DNA from: Macrostomum lignano
Taxonomy: Eukaryota
Assembly: GCA_002269645.1 (NCBI GenBank)
Contig: NIVC01000032.1
Coordinates: forward strand, 1,302,001-1,366,000
Length of the DNA stretch: 64,000 bases
Direction: 5' to 3'
Below are positions 39,331 to 54,745 of this stretch, piece after piece; positions within the stretch are counted from its first letter, which is position 1, and each line of letters starts with the position of its first letter. The translations under genes and the position numbers were made by a program. The notes beneath the pieces are model-generated. The model saw only the letters and a list, made by a program, of their open reading frames with translations, was not told where the DNA came from and did not search any database.

Positions 39331-40744
39331 TGTCTTACGTTGCGCGTCCATTACGATCTAGAAGCAACGCAATGGAGGACAGTGAAGATGCTAAAATCTC
39401 ACTGTAAATTGTACATGCACGTTGCTTTCTCACAGTGCATAATACATATGTTTTACTTTCTTTTACTTACTATATGCAATGCATCTGCTGTTCTACTGTA
39501 TTCAATACGTCTGCTGCTTTGTTTCTGCAAATAAAATATTCGGCGAATAAAAAATTGGCAGAAGTTTCTACTGAGTAGGCTACTTAGCATTTTAATTTGA
39601 CATCACACTCAATATTGACAAGACAATTTTGAGCATTCTGTAGATTTTCTGTGATTTTCTGGTTTAAAATATTGGCTGTACGTACATTAGTTAGGTATAA
39701 ACTACCGTTCAAACAAGCATGAGCAGAGAGCGGACAAAGGCTGTTAGCTTGTATGTCTATGGAAAATCAAATTAAATGTCAATTTCAGCCAAAAAATCAG
39801 TAGTTTCCCGTCCCAAGTCCCGAGTTTCCAGTTCATAAGTATTGAGTTCGAAGACAGCTACATAGGACCTTTCACTGATCGATCGTTTTCGCAAAGGTTC
39901 ACACAGCGCCGCCCTTCTGAGAACGCTGATGGAAAGAACCTATAGGTGCTTTAAGTTGCCTTTTCGTTCCTTCCTAGGTTTATCAATTTCCTATTTGACT
40001 GGATGGTTTTGATTTTGGGAAACTATCGACCTTTTTTGTCTTCCTTTCACCTTTCACCTTGCGAATCTCCATGCGTTGCATGACAGACTGCAACCTGAGA
40101 CAGGATGAGATCGATTCTGTGTCCTCTTCTGCACATCTTGCTTGGATTAAATTCAATGTCTGATTCCAACTACATTTATATATGCTGCAAATATGTCAGT
40201 GCTTACTGCTAAAGTGACTGTGTGTTATTTTTGGGTATTGACTTTCATAAATAATCTTTCAGTGTCAATGACCCAAACTCTAGCAAAATGCAGCAATCTT
40301 TTCAGCCCCATCACGCTTAAAATAACAATTGAAATTCTGTTTTATACCGAAGATGGGGCCCCCAAGAGAAAAATATTTTCGCTAATTTCGAGAGGTGTTT
40401 ACTAATTCCATGGTTGAAAATATTATTCCGCGGGGAAAAAAGTCGCGCCATGTGGCTGTTGATGATCGCCCTCTCCATTGTGGCACATTGTGGCACATTG
40501 AGCTGCTCGAGTTAGGGGCGGCTCATTTCTCTTCTAGCTCATTAGGTACTGTAGGAGCAGCAATGCCATTTTAAAATACTGTTTTGTGCCTCGCGCAGAT
40601 GAGAACAATAGGACACTTAGTTGAAAATAGAACTTGTTGAACGTAATGTAGATGCTTCAACCTAGAAACCTGATGAAGGTGATAGAAAAATATTGACAGA
40701 ATTTTTCGTATAATTATATTCCAAGGACTACTAATTTAAGAGAC

Positions 40745-41400
<656 letters not shown>

Positions 41401-42136
41401 CTTAAGCCTTAGTCTCTTTTACCTTGGGGGGGGGTTGCGATAGGGCCTCACGGTTTATTTGCGGCGCCTTCGGCTCTAGTCATTCACTACGATTGTACGC
41501 CCTCTGTAAGTTCGGGCCTGCTCGATGTTCATGTATGCACTAAGAGAGTACTTGAGTAAAAAGTTGAGTTCAGTATACTTTGGGAAAACATCAAAGTCAG
41601 GTATTTTCAAGTGCGATCCGAGAACAGTTTTTAACGACTTTTTATTAATACGTTTTACTCGGTTTTCACGGAGCTGGACGAAGCTAATTTCAAAGATTCA
41701 CTGGTGTCAAAACCACAACAGGTTCTGCCGTGTGTTTTCGTCGAGCGAGACAATGAAAATAAAATAACCGAGCTGGTTTGACCTCTAAAAAAATAAGGCT
41801 GCCAATTTTAGCCGTTTCTTAGACCAGTAAATACACGATTTTCTTTTCTGTTATTGTCATGTTTTTTACCATCTGAAGCCTCTCTATTCCTCGGTTGAAC
41901 CAAACAAGTTGTTGATGAAACGATTTAGCTGGTAAATATTATTCAAGAACAATGCAAAACTGAGCAGGGACGAGTTTAGGCTGCAAAACATCAAAATACA
42001 GGACGGCTCTATAAATACGAGAGCTCCACAGCTAGAAACGATCGCTCTATAAGCCGACTTGAAGCTGCTGCATAAGCATTAAATAGCTTGCTTCAATTAA
42101 GCTCCAAGCCCTCGACTAGCGCTCGAGTTGCTAGAC

Positions 42137-45100
42137 ATGAAGGTATACGAGACCCTGCTGCTCCCGCTAGCAGCCGTTCTACTCGTCGGAGTGTCTGGTC
42201 GTGTTGGTGAGTTTCGACATCTGTTTATCAGCGCTCACATTTCCAAGGTTCTACCATAGCTCTGTTTAAGAATGTTTAAAAATGCGCAACATTTCCAAAC
42301 CTACAGTCCTGGTAGATCCTGTTTGCAAAGACTGCCCATCGAAGAACTGCACCTACGACGAGAAGTTGAGATGCTCCTGCGTCGGGTTGAACCGCACAAT
42401 CGAGATTGTCAATCCCGGAGATCGCGAATACACCAACGTATCGCTGGGATTCGCCATCGACCGTAGCGGAAGCATGCGAACCGAAATCTCCTCCGTGAAG
42501 TCAAGCATCCAGGCTGTTGTCAGTGAGTGCTGTATTTTCAATTTGCTTTTTTATTTATCCATAGCTAAGAGCTGGTGAATCAGGTGGCGAATCTTCGATT
42601 GAAATCTTCAGCAGAACTCCAACCAAACTGGTTTGCCTTCATTGGTTTAAGCAATTCTAAGACAGACACAAATAAACAAATTATGAACTTATTCTTTATT
42701 AATTGCAGCCGCCACATCCGGAATTTTTGACAAGTACGTGATCGGCACGTTCAGCGATCCATACACATCACATGTCGTTGAATCCGACGATGTGGCGACC
42801 ATCAACACGTTCGTCAGCGGCATCTCCGCCTCCGCTGGCGGCGACTGTCCGGAAATGGCGCTTCAGGGCATCCGTGAAGTGGCCCAGCGAGTTAGCGAAG
42901 GCTCCGTAATCTTTGTCTTTACCGATGCCAGCTCCAAAGACCTGGACCTGGAGTCCAGCGTGCAAGATTTGCTGCTGTCGAAGAACATCAGGCTGAATGT
43001 CATGGCCACTGGATCACTGTGTGGTAAAGGCGAGGAGTTCACCAGACTGACGGACGCCACTAGTGGCACAATTTACAAAACGCCCAACAAAGCTGATGTT
43101 GATTACGTCATGAACTATATTAAGAATTTTGCCAAGTACGGAATCCGCTTCATCCGAGGCATGCCAACCACTCTGATTGATCTGAAGGAGATCGCCAACG
43201 GAAGTAAGTACCTGCGCTGAAGCTTTATAGGCTCGATAGGCTGCTCATAAATTATTGAATATACACATTCTCACTTGTCTCCCCATTTCAGCTTGCTCGT
43301 GCCGGTCCATTGTGGAGAACCTCGTCTGCATTCCACCAGACGAAGATGAGTGCCCGTGCCCCGAAGGCTACGAGAGAGTTGAAGTGAGAAAGAAAGTCTG
43401 CCGACTGTGCCGGCCACCGCCGCCGCCGCCGCCACCGCGGCCGAAGTTCGGTTCTCTTGGCTTCGTAATTGATCACTCCGGATCGATGGGAAGCGAGATC
43501 AGCGCAGTTAAGGCGAGCATCAAAGCCATTCTCGCTGCCAACAAGCTGTTCAAAGACTACGTAATCGGCAAGTTCAATGATCCCTACAAGAAAGGTGTGA
43601 TCCGGTCCAGCAACAAAGGCACCATCGTCAGCTTCTTGAACGCGATCACTGCCACGGGTGGAGCGGACTGTCCCGAGTACTCGATGTCGGGCCTGCGGGA
43701 CGCCGTGAAACTCGCCAAGAAGAGGTCGGTCATCATTATGTTTACCGACGCGTCGGCCAAGGATGCCGGTATGAAGAATATGGTAGCCTCGCTATTCAAA
43801 GACAAAAAATCCAGGCTGTTTGTTGTTGCGACCGGCAACCTTTGTGGACGACGGTACTCTAAAGAGTACCACTATGTGGCTAAGGAGTCGGGCGGTGCCG
43901 TCATATCCTTGTCTAGCAAGTCGTTTGTGTCTGATGTGAGTTATTAATTTTTTGTCCAAACATTTGTTTTTTTCTTTGTGAAGATTACAAACTATTCAGA
44001 AAGAAATCTACCTAAAATTATTCAAGGTTTTGTCCTTCATCAAGAAGGCTGCCGCTGGAGACGTGTCTTTCGACGAGTTCCCCAAAGATGAGCACGAACT
44101 AACGACTCCGAAACCAATACGTAAGTTGTTCTTCGAGATTGCTAGTATTTTCCATTGTTTTGAGTATCCTTTTTTCGTACCTGAAATACAATGAGATCGT
44201 GTTCTTCCATATTACAGACTGCTGCAGCATCACTGTAGTACGACGGTGTAAAAAAGTGAAACGTAAGTCAATTCTTTGATAGAATTTATTGCCACTTTAG
44301 CAAGGCGTGTCATTTCTTCTAGTGCAAACACCATCGCAAACCGAACTGTTTCAGTGCCCTGCCCACCCGGCTATAGTCGAGTGGTGATGCGGCAGAAAGT
44401 GTGTCCGATGCTACCGCAGTGCCCGGTGAGACGGGCCGGCTCCTTAGGCTTCATCATCGATGACAGCGGCTCGATGGGAGCGGAGATTTTCGCCGTCAAA
44501 TCGCAAATCACCAGCATCATCAGCAAAAACGTGCGCTTTTTTGACTACGTTATTGGCAGATTCGGCGACCCCTACGTGAAAAACGTGATCCGATCAGCTG
44601 ATGAGTCGGAGATCCTGGACTTCATGGGCGACATCACCCCTTCAGGCGGAGCCGATTGTCCAGAGTTCGCCATGTCGGCGCTCAAGGATGCCGCTATGCT
44701 GGCTCGAGATTACTCGATTTTCATCCTCTTCACTGACGCCGCCGCCAAGGACTCCCACAAGCTGTTGTCAGTAGCCGCTCTTTTGAATTCGAAGAACATC
44801 AAACTGTTCGTGGTTGCTACTGGGACTCTGTGCGGTCCGAAAGTCTATTCCGAAGAATTTCACGACCTGGCCAGTCGGACAGGCGGCGCTGTGATGACGT
44901 TAACGGCCAAGACGTCCATCAGCGAGGTTGGCACTACTTTTATCACTTCATGCTAAACCAGATCCAATAAAATATTCCATTAGTAACTATTTGATACTTA
45001 ACATTTTTCAGGTTCTCGAATTTATCGGCATGGCCGCTTCAGGGGAAGCATCGTTCCATCACTTTCCGGAGTCTTTGTCCGAACTGAGAAAGTTGAAATG

Positions 45101-45627
45101 TAAGCCTTTCTGACACCTATATATTATAGTTACTCGTATATCTAGTTTAGATCTTCATTACTTACTCTGTATACCTCATGTCTTTTATAGGCAAGAAGTG
45201 CTGGGTACAGGAGGTCTCGACCTGCTGTTGCCACGGCATCGGCGATGGCTGCCACTTCCATCACGGACACCATCACCATCACCATCGCCCTCACCACCAT
45301 CACGACCACGGCCACGGCTGCGGCTGCGGCCACGGACACGGCCATGGTTACGGCCACGGCTACGGCTACGGTCACGGCTGCGGCTGCGGCCACGGCCACG
45401 GCCACGGCCACGGCCACGGCCACGGCCACGGCTACGGCTACGGCTACGGCTACGGCCACGGACACGGCCACGGCCACGGCTGCGGCTGCGGCCACCACTA
45501 CGGTCACGGCCACGGCCACGGCCACGGCTACGAACACGGCCACGGCTACGAACACGGCCACGGCTACGAGCACGAACACGGCTACGAACACGATCACCAT
45601 GGCCCGCCTTACCCTTACAAAGGCTAA
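42137..45627 (+). CDS. Gene B: secreted protein with three vWA domains and a His/Gly/Tyr/Cys-rich C-terminal tail, 886 aa
   Basis: Exons 42137-42206 (signal peptide MKVYETLLLPLAAVLLVGVSG), 42307-42522, 42709-43203, 43292-43935, 44027-44120, 44218-44262, 44355-44926, 45012-45099 and 45191-45627 total 2661 nt. All introns are GT-AG and in frame. Three DxSGS MIDAS motifs, GGDCPE/GADCPE and FTDA(S/A)xKD are present. Confidence 0.88.
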
Positions 45628-45996
45628 AACAGTTTTGCTAAAGAAATCATTGTATGACTTACGCTCGTACTTCAACGCTCTAGCGATTGAAGCCCATCGA
45701 ACATCAACGTAGTTAATTAATTTAAATTTTACTATTAATAAGTTCATACCAAAAATTGTCACGAAGAAATGACAGCGCTTGACAAAAGCCAAGTATCTTT
45801 ATTTTCAAACTATTAGTGCATCGACCATACTTTGTTTGCTTTGGCAAAAAATATCAATATGTTTTCACATTGCCTGGGCCAAGACCTGTACAGCTGTTGA
45901 AACCTTGTGTGTAAATAAACAGCTGTGCCTCGACTATTTATCGTATTTATTGAAACATCAATAAAAAACCGAATTAGCTTGCTACTTTCTATTTTC

Positions 45997-46156
<160 letters not shown>

Positions 46157-46467
46157 AAGTATGTATCCCAGATCAGCATTGGGTAAAGAATAATTGTTCC
46201 AAGCTACACACTGACAGAATGGTGGCTCGACTGTATGACAAGTCGAATTGTTAGTCACTTATTATTTGACAAGTGACATCCTATTTGATGAGGATCCAAA
46301 ATGCACCAACTTGAAAACCAAAGACAGTAAAAATGATTCACAAAACATAGAAATCTGCTAGACCAAGCATTCTTCTATGAAAAAAGTGGCGTTGCGTTTG
46401 AAAAAGAATTTGATTCATTACTCTTTTCCATGTTTCGATATATTATATACTATATATATATACTATG

Positions 46468-47137
46468 GCACTCGGCCATAGACAATAAAGCCAATCAAAG
46501 CCACAGCCACAGACCTGCACTCGGCCATAGACAATAAAGCCAATCAAAGCCACAGCCACAGACCTGCACTCGGCCATAGACAATAAAGCCAATCAAAGCC
46601 ACACTGCCACAGCATTACACTCGGCCATAGACAATAAAGCCAATCAAAGCCACAGCCTCAGCACTGCACTCGGCCATAGACAATAAAGCCAATCAAAGTC
46701 ACAGCCTCAGCACTGCACTCGGCCATAGACAATAAAGCCAATCAAAGCCACAGCCACAGAACTGCACTCGGCCATAGACAATAAAGCCAATCATAGCCAC
46801 AGCCACAGCACTGTACTCGGCCATAGACAATAAAGCCAATCAAAGCCACGCTGCCACAGACCTGCACTCGGCCATAGACAATAAAGCCAATCAAAGCCAC
46901 AGCCTCAGCACTGCACTCGGCCATAGACAATAAAGCCAATCAAAGCCACAGCCACAAAACTGCACTCGGCCATAGAAAATAAAGCCAATCATAGCCACAG
47001 CCACAGCACTGCACTCGGCCATAGACAATAAAGCCAATCATAGCCACAGCCACAGAACTGCACTCGGCCATAGACAATAAAGCCAATCATAGCCACAGCC
47101 ACAGAACTGCACTCGGCCATAGACAATAAAGCCAACC
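46468..47137. repeat. 49-bp minisatellite, ~14 copies (GCACTCGGCCATAGACAATAAAGCCAATCAAAGCCACAGCCACAGACCT)
   Basis: Period 49 (46468, 46517, 46566...) with few substitutions. Confidence 0.95.
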
Positions 47138-47424
47138 AAGCAGACAGCTGGAAATTCCAAGCCTGCACTCTCCTACCAGCTCTTCCAGCCAGCTTTTCAA
47201 GGCTCTGCGCTTTGGTTAAAAGACAATCACGTAGAGAATTTCAAGTTGACTGACTTCTTGGATCAGTGCGGTTGCATGTTTATGTTCACTGAACATCCTA
47301 CTTGTTTACTTGTTTAGCTTCTGAATCTGATAGTAGTATATGGAGAGCATTTATCGATATGATTGAATAACTAGTTTTAAGGATTTATAGGCAGATAGCT
47401 CGAGTAGTGATTATAGTATTCTTA

Positions 47425-47457
47425 CTAGCAATCTAGTGCGGCCCCCTTCGGGGCGCC
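47425..47457 (-). mobile_element. Possible 3' end of a second, unrelated Helitron family on the minus strand
   Basis: The minus strand reads GGGCGCCCCGAAGGGGGCCGC (GC-rich hairpin), then ACTAGATTG-CTAG|T. No matching 5' end was identified with confidence. Confidence 0.4.
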
Positions 47458-47735
47458 CAATAAGCAAGGAGCAAAAATAGTTCATGAAAACAATTAAAGA
47501 AGCACATTTTTTAAAAAGCACATTCCACTTTTAAAAATCACCTTATTCATGTAAAATTGTCACGGACAATGATATTTTCTATGAATCTCTTTTTTCTAAA
47601 ATTAACAAACAGACAACAAAATATAGCTTTCACAAAGATCACAGACATTCCCCCTAAATAGAAAATATTCCCAAGACAGCAAGCATCCCCCTCCAAAAGT
47701 AAGCAACCGCAACTAGCAAGCATCCCCTAATACTC

Positions 47736-48470
47736 GTAGCAAGCATCCACCCAGATAGCAAGCATCCTGCAAATAGCAAGCATCCACCCAGATAGCAAGC
47801 ATCCTGCAGATAGCAAGCATCCTGCAGATAGCAAGCATCCTGCAGATAGCAAGCATCCCCCAGATAGCAAGCATCCTGCAGATAGCAAGCATCCTGCAGA
47901 TAGCAAGCATCCCCCAGATAGCAAGCATCCCCCAGATAGCAAGCATCCTGCAGATAGCAAGCATCCTGCAGATAGCAAGCATCCTGCAAATAGCAAGCAT
48001 CCACCCAGATAGCAAGCATCCTGCAGATAGCAAGCATCCTGCAGATAGCAAGCATCCTGCAGATAGCAAGCATCCCCCAGATAGCAAGCATCCTGCAGAT
48101 AGCAAGCATCCTGCAGATAGCAAGCATCCCCCAGATAGCAAGCATCCCCCAGATAGCAAGCATCCTGCAGATAGCAAGCATCCCCCAGATAGCAAGCATC
48201 CCCCAGATAGCAAGCATCCTGCAGATATCAAGCATCCCCCAGATAGCAAGCATCCTGCAGATAGCAAGCATCCCCCAGATAGCAAGCATCCCCCAGATAG
48301 CAAGCATCCTGCAGATAGCAAGCATCCTGCAGATAGCAAGCATCCTGCAGATATCAAGCATCCCCCAGATAGCAAGCATCCTGCAGATAGCAAGCATCCC
48401 CCAGATAGCAAGCATCCCCCAGATAGCAAGCCTCCTGCAGATAGCAAGCATCCCTCAGATAGAAGCATCA
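47736..48470. repeat. 18-bp minisatellite with two main variants (AGATAGCAAGCATCCTGC / AGATAGCAAGCATCCCCC)
   Basis: About 40 tandem copies. Confidence 0.95.
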
Positions 48471-49029
48471 ATCAAACATACAAACCTTAGAGATTTAGTA
48501 TATTTAGATAATTCACAAAAAAATTATCAGTTGACGACGAATTTCCAATTGGATTTTGAAATTAAAGAAGCAGTTGAACTGAGTATATTTGTCACAACAT
48601 TAGTAATTTCAAAATTACAAGAGAAATACAGTATCTGTTACAAGGGAATCAACTTGAAACTCTGTGCCCAGCTTGTGGGTTAAAAAAAAAAGTTATACTA
48701 TAATTTTACTTAGGGTGCTTAAATTCACAGATTCGAACTTTTAAAAGGACAAACAGCAATTAGGTCAATTAATCAAAGTATGGAATTTCATTTACGCTCG
48801 TAGACCTATTCACAGATACAAGAGTCAAGGACTACTTTGCGAAGAGTAACTACGAGTAAACATGCCACTCGCAATAATAGTTGTGAAAAAACGTCTACTC
48901 TTTTTCAGTAGTTTGTCTGCGCATTGTTACTTGAATTCAATGTGGCAGCTAGAATTTGCTTTCCTTCCTCTCAGTTATGGGGTTAAGAATGAACAACAAG
49001 CATTTATTTAGACGTACACAAGTGAACGT

Positions 49030-49268
49030 AAGACGGACGAAACTCAGCCTAGGGGGGGGGGGCAGGCCCAATCTAGCTCAGCCAATCAGAGAGAAGTAAG
49101 GAGAGAGGGTTAAAGTCAGACGGACGAAACTCAGCCTAGGGGCGAGCCCAATCTAGCTCAGCCAATGAGAGAGCAGTAAGGAGAGAGGTTCAAAGTCAGA
49201 CGGACGAAACTCAGCCTAGGGGGCAGGCCCAATCTAGCCCAGCCAATGAAAGAGCAGTAAGGAGAGAG
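49030..49268. repeat. Three imperfect ~70-80-bp tandem copies (GACGGACGAAACTCAGCCTAGGG...CAGCCAAT...GGAGAGAGG)
   Basis: Direct observation. Confidence 0.85.
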
Positions 49269-49742
49269 GCAAATTCAGACATAAGCGGGCAAGAGGAAAG
49301 CCAAACTGTTTATTGGCTTGGCAGGGGGCTGGGGGCGTCACCCCTTTTCTCGCAATGCTATGCACACGCACGTACTGGGTTTGAATTCTTAAGTTTTATG
49401 GCAATCTTCAAAGTTAGCTAAATTAATTTTTTTATATAATTTTGAGCCTGAAACAGTCTGTACATGTAGTCGATAAAACATGATGAAGATGTTAATGTAA
49501 TGAGGCTGCTTGCAGAAAGCCACTAGGCGATTGTTTCAGGTTCAAAAACATTTTTGGTGCCTTTCCAAATTTATTGGGTTTTTACTAGTACGAGCTGTGA
49601 AGCCAAAAAACGCTAATTTTGCTACTGAAAAGAGTAGATACAGCAAGCAGCAGTTTAGCTATTACTGTATCAATAGCCTTGTTACGGTATTATAAAATTA
49701 CTATCAAATTTTTCTTACACTTTCTCAATCCACCCCACCAGC

Positions 49743-51329
<1,587 letters not shown>

Positions 51330-51476
51330 GAGGGCTCTCAGTCTGACAATAGAAAGAAATACTTAAGCTTATGAGCTTCTATAAAGTACTTTGATAAAAG
51401 TTCAAACGGCCTCTTAAACTCAACAGGTCTTTTAGAATCGGTATAATAAATAGAAGGGCATAATCTTAATCTTCCA

Positions 51477-51770
51477 AGACCTTCAATGAGATCTTAATGA
51501 GATGCACTTTAATCTTCCCAGACCTTCAATGAGATCTCACTGAGATGCAATTTAATCTTCAAGGACCTTCAATGAGATCTCACTAAGATGCACTTTAATG
51601 GTCTATGACCTTCAATGAGATCTCACTCAGATGCACTCTAATGGTCTATGACCTTCAATGAGATCTCACTCAGATGCACTCTAATGGTCTATGACCTTCA
51701 ATGAGATCTCACTCAGATGCACTCAAATGGTCTATGACCTTCAATGAGATCTCACTCAGATGCACTTTAA
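51477..51770. repeat. 43-bp minisatellite, ~7 copies (GACCTTCAATGAGATCTCACTCAGATGCACTCTAATGGTCTAT)
   Basis: Period 43 (e.g. 51607, 51650). Confidence 0.9.
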
Positions 51771-52455
51771 TCATTTCAGTTTTTCTCACAAAAATTATAA
51801 TTTAAAACTTCCGGGAAAGCACTTTTAAAAACGTATTAGAATTTCAGAGCTCCAAAAAAGTGAGAACATTTTTGTAAAACAAGGTTGAAACATCTACAAG
51901 TTTACAAGGAAAACACAGATTTAGTGGGGCAAACTTCCACGCTGATGGAAACGAAAGCCGGAGAGGAAGAGGGAGAGTGGGGAGACTAAGTGAGAAGTCG
52001 CAGCCGCCCCACTTCAGTCCCTGATGGAGAGAGCTGCCTATTAAAGAGTTTGAAATATCGGTCACTTCACCTGGACGAGAGTGGCTCCCCAATAATGCGG
52101 TCCCCAGCCACCCCTGCCTCACTTCAAACGGGTCGTACTTCTGAATCCATTTTGTCTCCCTAAGCTTGCAGGCCCAGGAAATCTCTCTTGCTGTCTGTCT
52201 CTCTCTGACAGGAAGGCTTCTCTATAAAACTCGATTTACATTATTTTAATGTTCACCAGCGATTACTTATACGACAGATTAGAGAATTTGTACTCTCACT
52301 AACGTAGTACTGTGTGCGTGTAAACGATCGTTTAAACTTTTCTGGTGATATCGGGTAATTATTATATTCTACAATTAAATAATAAGCAAATCGAATATGA
52401 ACGCCGCCTGATTTACAGCTCAGATTCAGCTTGAGACTCCGTGTTCTGATCAGCC

Positions 52456-52878
52456 CACTGCCCCTCAACCCCCACAGCCCCTCAAGCCCCACTGCCCCCA
52501 ACCCCACTGCCCCTCAACCCCCACTGCCCCTCAACCCCCAGAGCCCTCAACCCCACTACCCTCAACCCCCAGAGCCCTCAACCCCCACTGCCCCTCAACC
52601 CCCACAGCCCTCAACCCCCACTGCCCCTCAACCCCAGAGCCCTCAACCCCCACTGCCCCTCAACCCCCAGAGCCCTCAACCCCACTGACCTCAACCCCCA
52701 CTGCCCCTCAACCCCCACAGCCCTCAACTCAACAGCCCTCAACCCACACTGCCCCTCAAGCCCCACTGCCCCCCAACCCCCACTGCCCTCAACCCCACTG
52801 CCCCTCAACCCCCACAGCCCTCAACTCAACAGCCCTCAACCCCCACTGCCCCTCAACCCCCACTGCCCCTCAACCCCC
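52456..52878. repeat. C-rich ~16-bp minisatellite (CCCCACTGCCCCTCAA)
   Basis: Tandem imperfect copies; G-runs on the minus strand. Confidence 0.9.
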
Positions 52879-53355
52879 ATTAAAACCCTGAGAATCTTTA
52901 CTGAAGCCCCGTTCCTTTAGCCCAAAGGGTCTGTCTGCACACTGTATTTAAACTTAAACGCAGCCCACCAAGCCCAGCAGTACGCAGTGGATTCAGTGCA
53001 ATTTTCTCTAATGTACACCAAAAACTTGACCCAAAAACTGACAGCAAAGCGGAAGTATCTAATTATTTCTCTGAGTTGCACTAGTTTCGGCTCAAAAAGT
53101 GATGAGCTTAAAAAATGCAAAAAAGCTTTACAAAAACCGCAAAATTTATACTGCAAAATCTACAGTATGGACATAGCTGGATTCAAATAAATATGTTTTT
53201 CTCTGGATTCAAAACACGTGACACAATCTGCCTGTTTGATTCCGATGTGAGCTGAGGCAGGATAATTACAGAATACAGCGTGTTGAAGAAGAGTAGCACT
53301 CTTCTTCTAGTTCTTCGTTCTTAGATATAGAATGATGTTGAAGGAAAGATTCTGC

Positions 53356-54025
53356 ACAACTTTGGCGCCACTTATTATCCAACTTTGGCGCCACTTATTA
53401 TCCAAATTTGGCGCCACTTATTATCCAAATTTGGCGCCACTTATTATCCAACTTTGGCGTCACTTATTATCCAACTTTGGCGCCACTTATCACTCAACTT
53501 TGGCGTCACTTATTATCCAACTTCGGCGCCATTTATCACCCGACTCCGGCGCGAAATATGACTCTCTTTGGCGCCACTTATCCCCATCTTTGGCGCCACC
53601 TATCACCCAACTTTGGCGCCACCTATCACCCAACTTTGGCGCCACCTATCACCCAACTTTGGCGCCACTTATCACCAAACTTTGGCGCCACCTATCACCC
53701 AACTTTGGCGCCACTTAGGACACCAACTTTGGCGCCACTTATCACCCAACTTTGGCGCCACCTATCACCCAACTTTGGCGCCACTTAGGACACCAACTTT
53801 GTCGCCACTTATCACCCAACTTTGGCGCCACTTAGGACACCAACTTTGGCGCCACTTAGGACACCAACTTTGGCGCCCTTTTTAACCCAACTTTGGCGCC
53901 CTTTTTAACCCAACTTTGGCGCCCTGTTTAACCCAAATTTGGCGCCACTTATAACCCAACTTTGGCGCCAGTTATCACCCAACTTTGGCCCCCTTTTTAA
54001 CCCAAATTTGGCGCCACTTATCACG
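53356..54025. repeat. 23-bp minisatellite (CCAACTTTGGCGCCACTTATCAC), close to 30 copies
   Basis: Direct observation. Confidence 0.95.
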
Positions 54026-54326
54026 CCACTTAGCACAAAAGATTTTTACGCTTTTTAGCACCTGCATTTATATTATTTGTCGCGATCAATCAGAATATAA
54101 GGCGCTAGACAAGAGGAACTAAAAAAACTCACTTGGGTCGCTGCAGAGTCGCTACGATCTGTCAATTCCCAGCAGCAATTCAGAGCAACCAAGTTTCCCA
54201 TATACATGTACGTGAGAGCGCATTGCCAACCCAACTGCCAATCGCCATAAATAACCAATCGGCATCAGCTGCCCAGTTACTGGGAATTGCGCTGCTGTTT
54301 GATACTGTATACAGCTGCCCCCGAAA

Positions 54327-54745
54327 AACAGGTGAACACTGCTCTATAACCGGTAGTGTCCCTATCTAACAGGTGAATACTGATCTATAACCGGTAGTGT
54401 CCCTATCTAACAGGTGAATACTGATCTATAACCGGTAGTGTCCCTATCTAACAGGTAAATACTGATCTATAAGCTGTAGTGTCCCTATCTAACAGGTAAA
54501 TACTGATCTATAACCGGTAGTGTCCCTATCTAACAGGTAAATACTGCTCTATAACCGGTAGTGTCCCTATCTAACAGGTAAATACTGATCTATAACCGGT
54601 AGTGTCCCTATCTAACAGGTAAATACTGCTCTATAACCGGTAGTGTCCCTATCTAACAGGTAAATACTGCTCTATAACCGGTAGTGTCCCTATCTAACAG
54701 GTAAATACTGATCTATAACCGGTAGTGTCCCTATCTAACAGGTAA
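54327..54745. repeat. 41-bp minisatellite, ~10 copies (AACAGGTAAATACTGCTCTATAACCGGTAGTGTCCCTATCT)
   Basis: Period 41 (54368, 54409...). Confidence 0.95.

Noticed and set aside
45142-45792. Alternative-frame and antisense ORFs over the gene B tail (poly-AT, poly-RP, poly-VA)
   Set aside because: Only the His/Gly frame is in phase with the upstream splice chain.
46468-47137. CRISPR-like appearance of the 49-bp array
   Set aside because: The variable parts are only ~12 bp and nearly identical rather than unique spacers. There are no cas genes and the context is eukaryotic.
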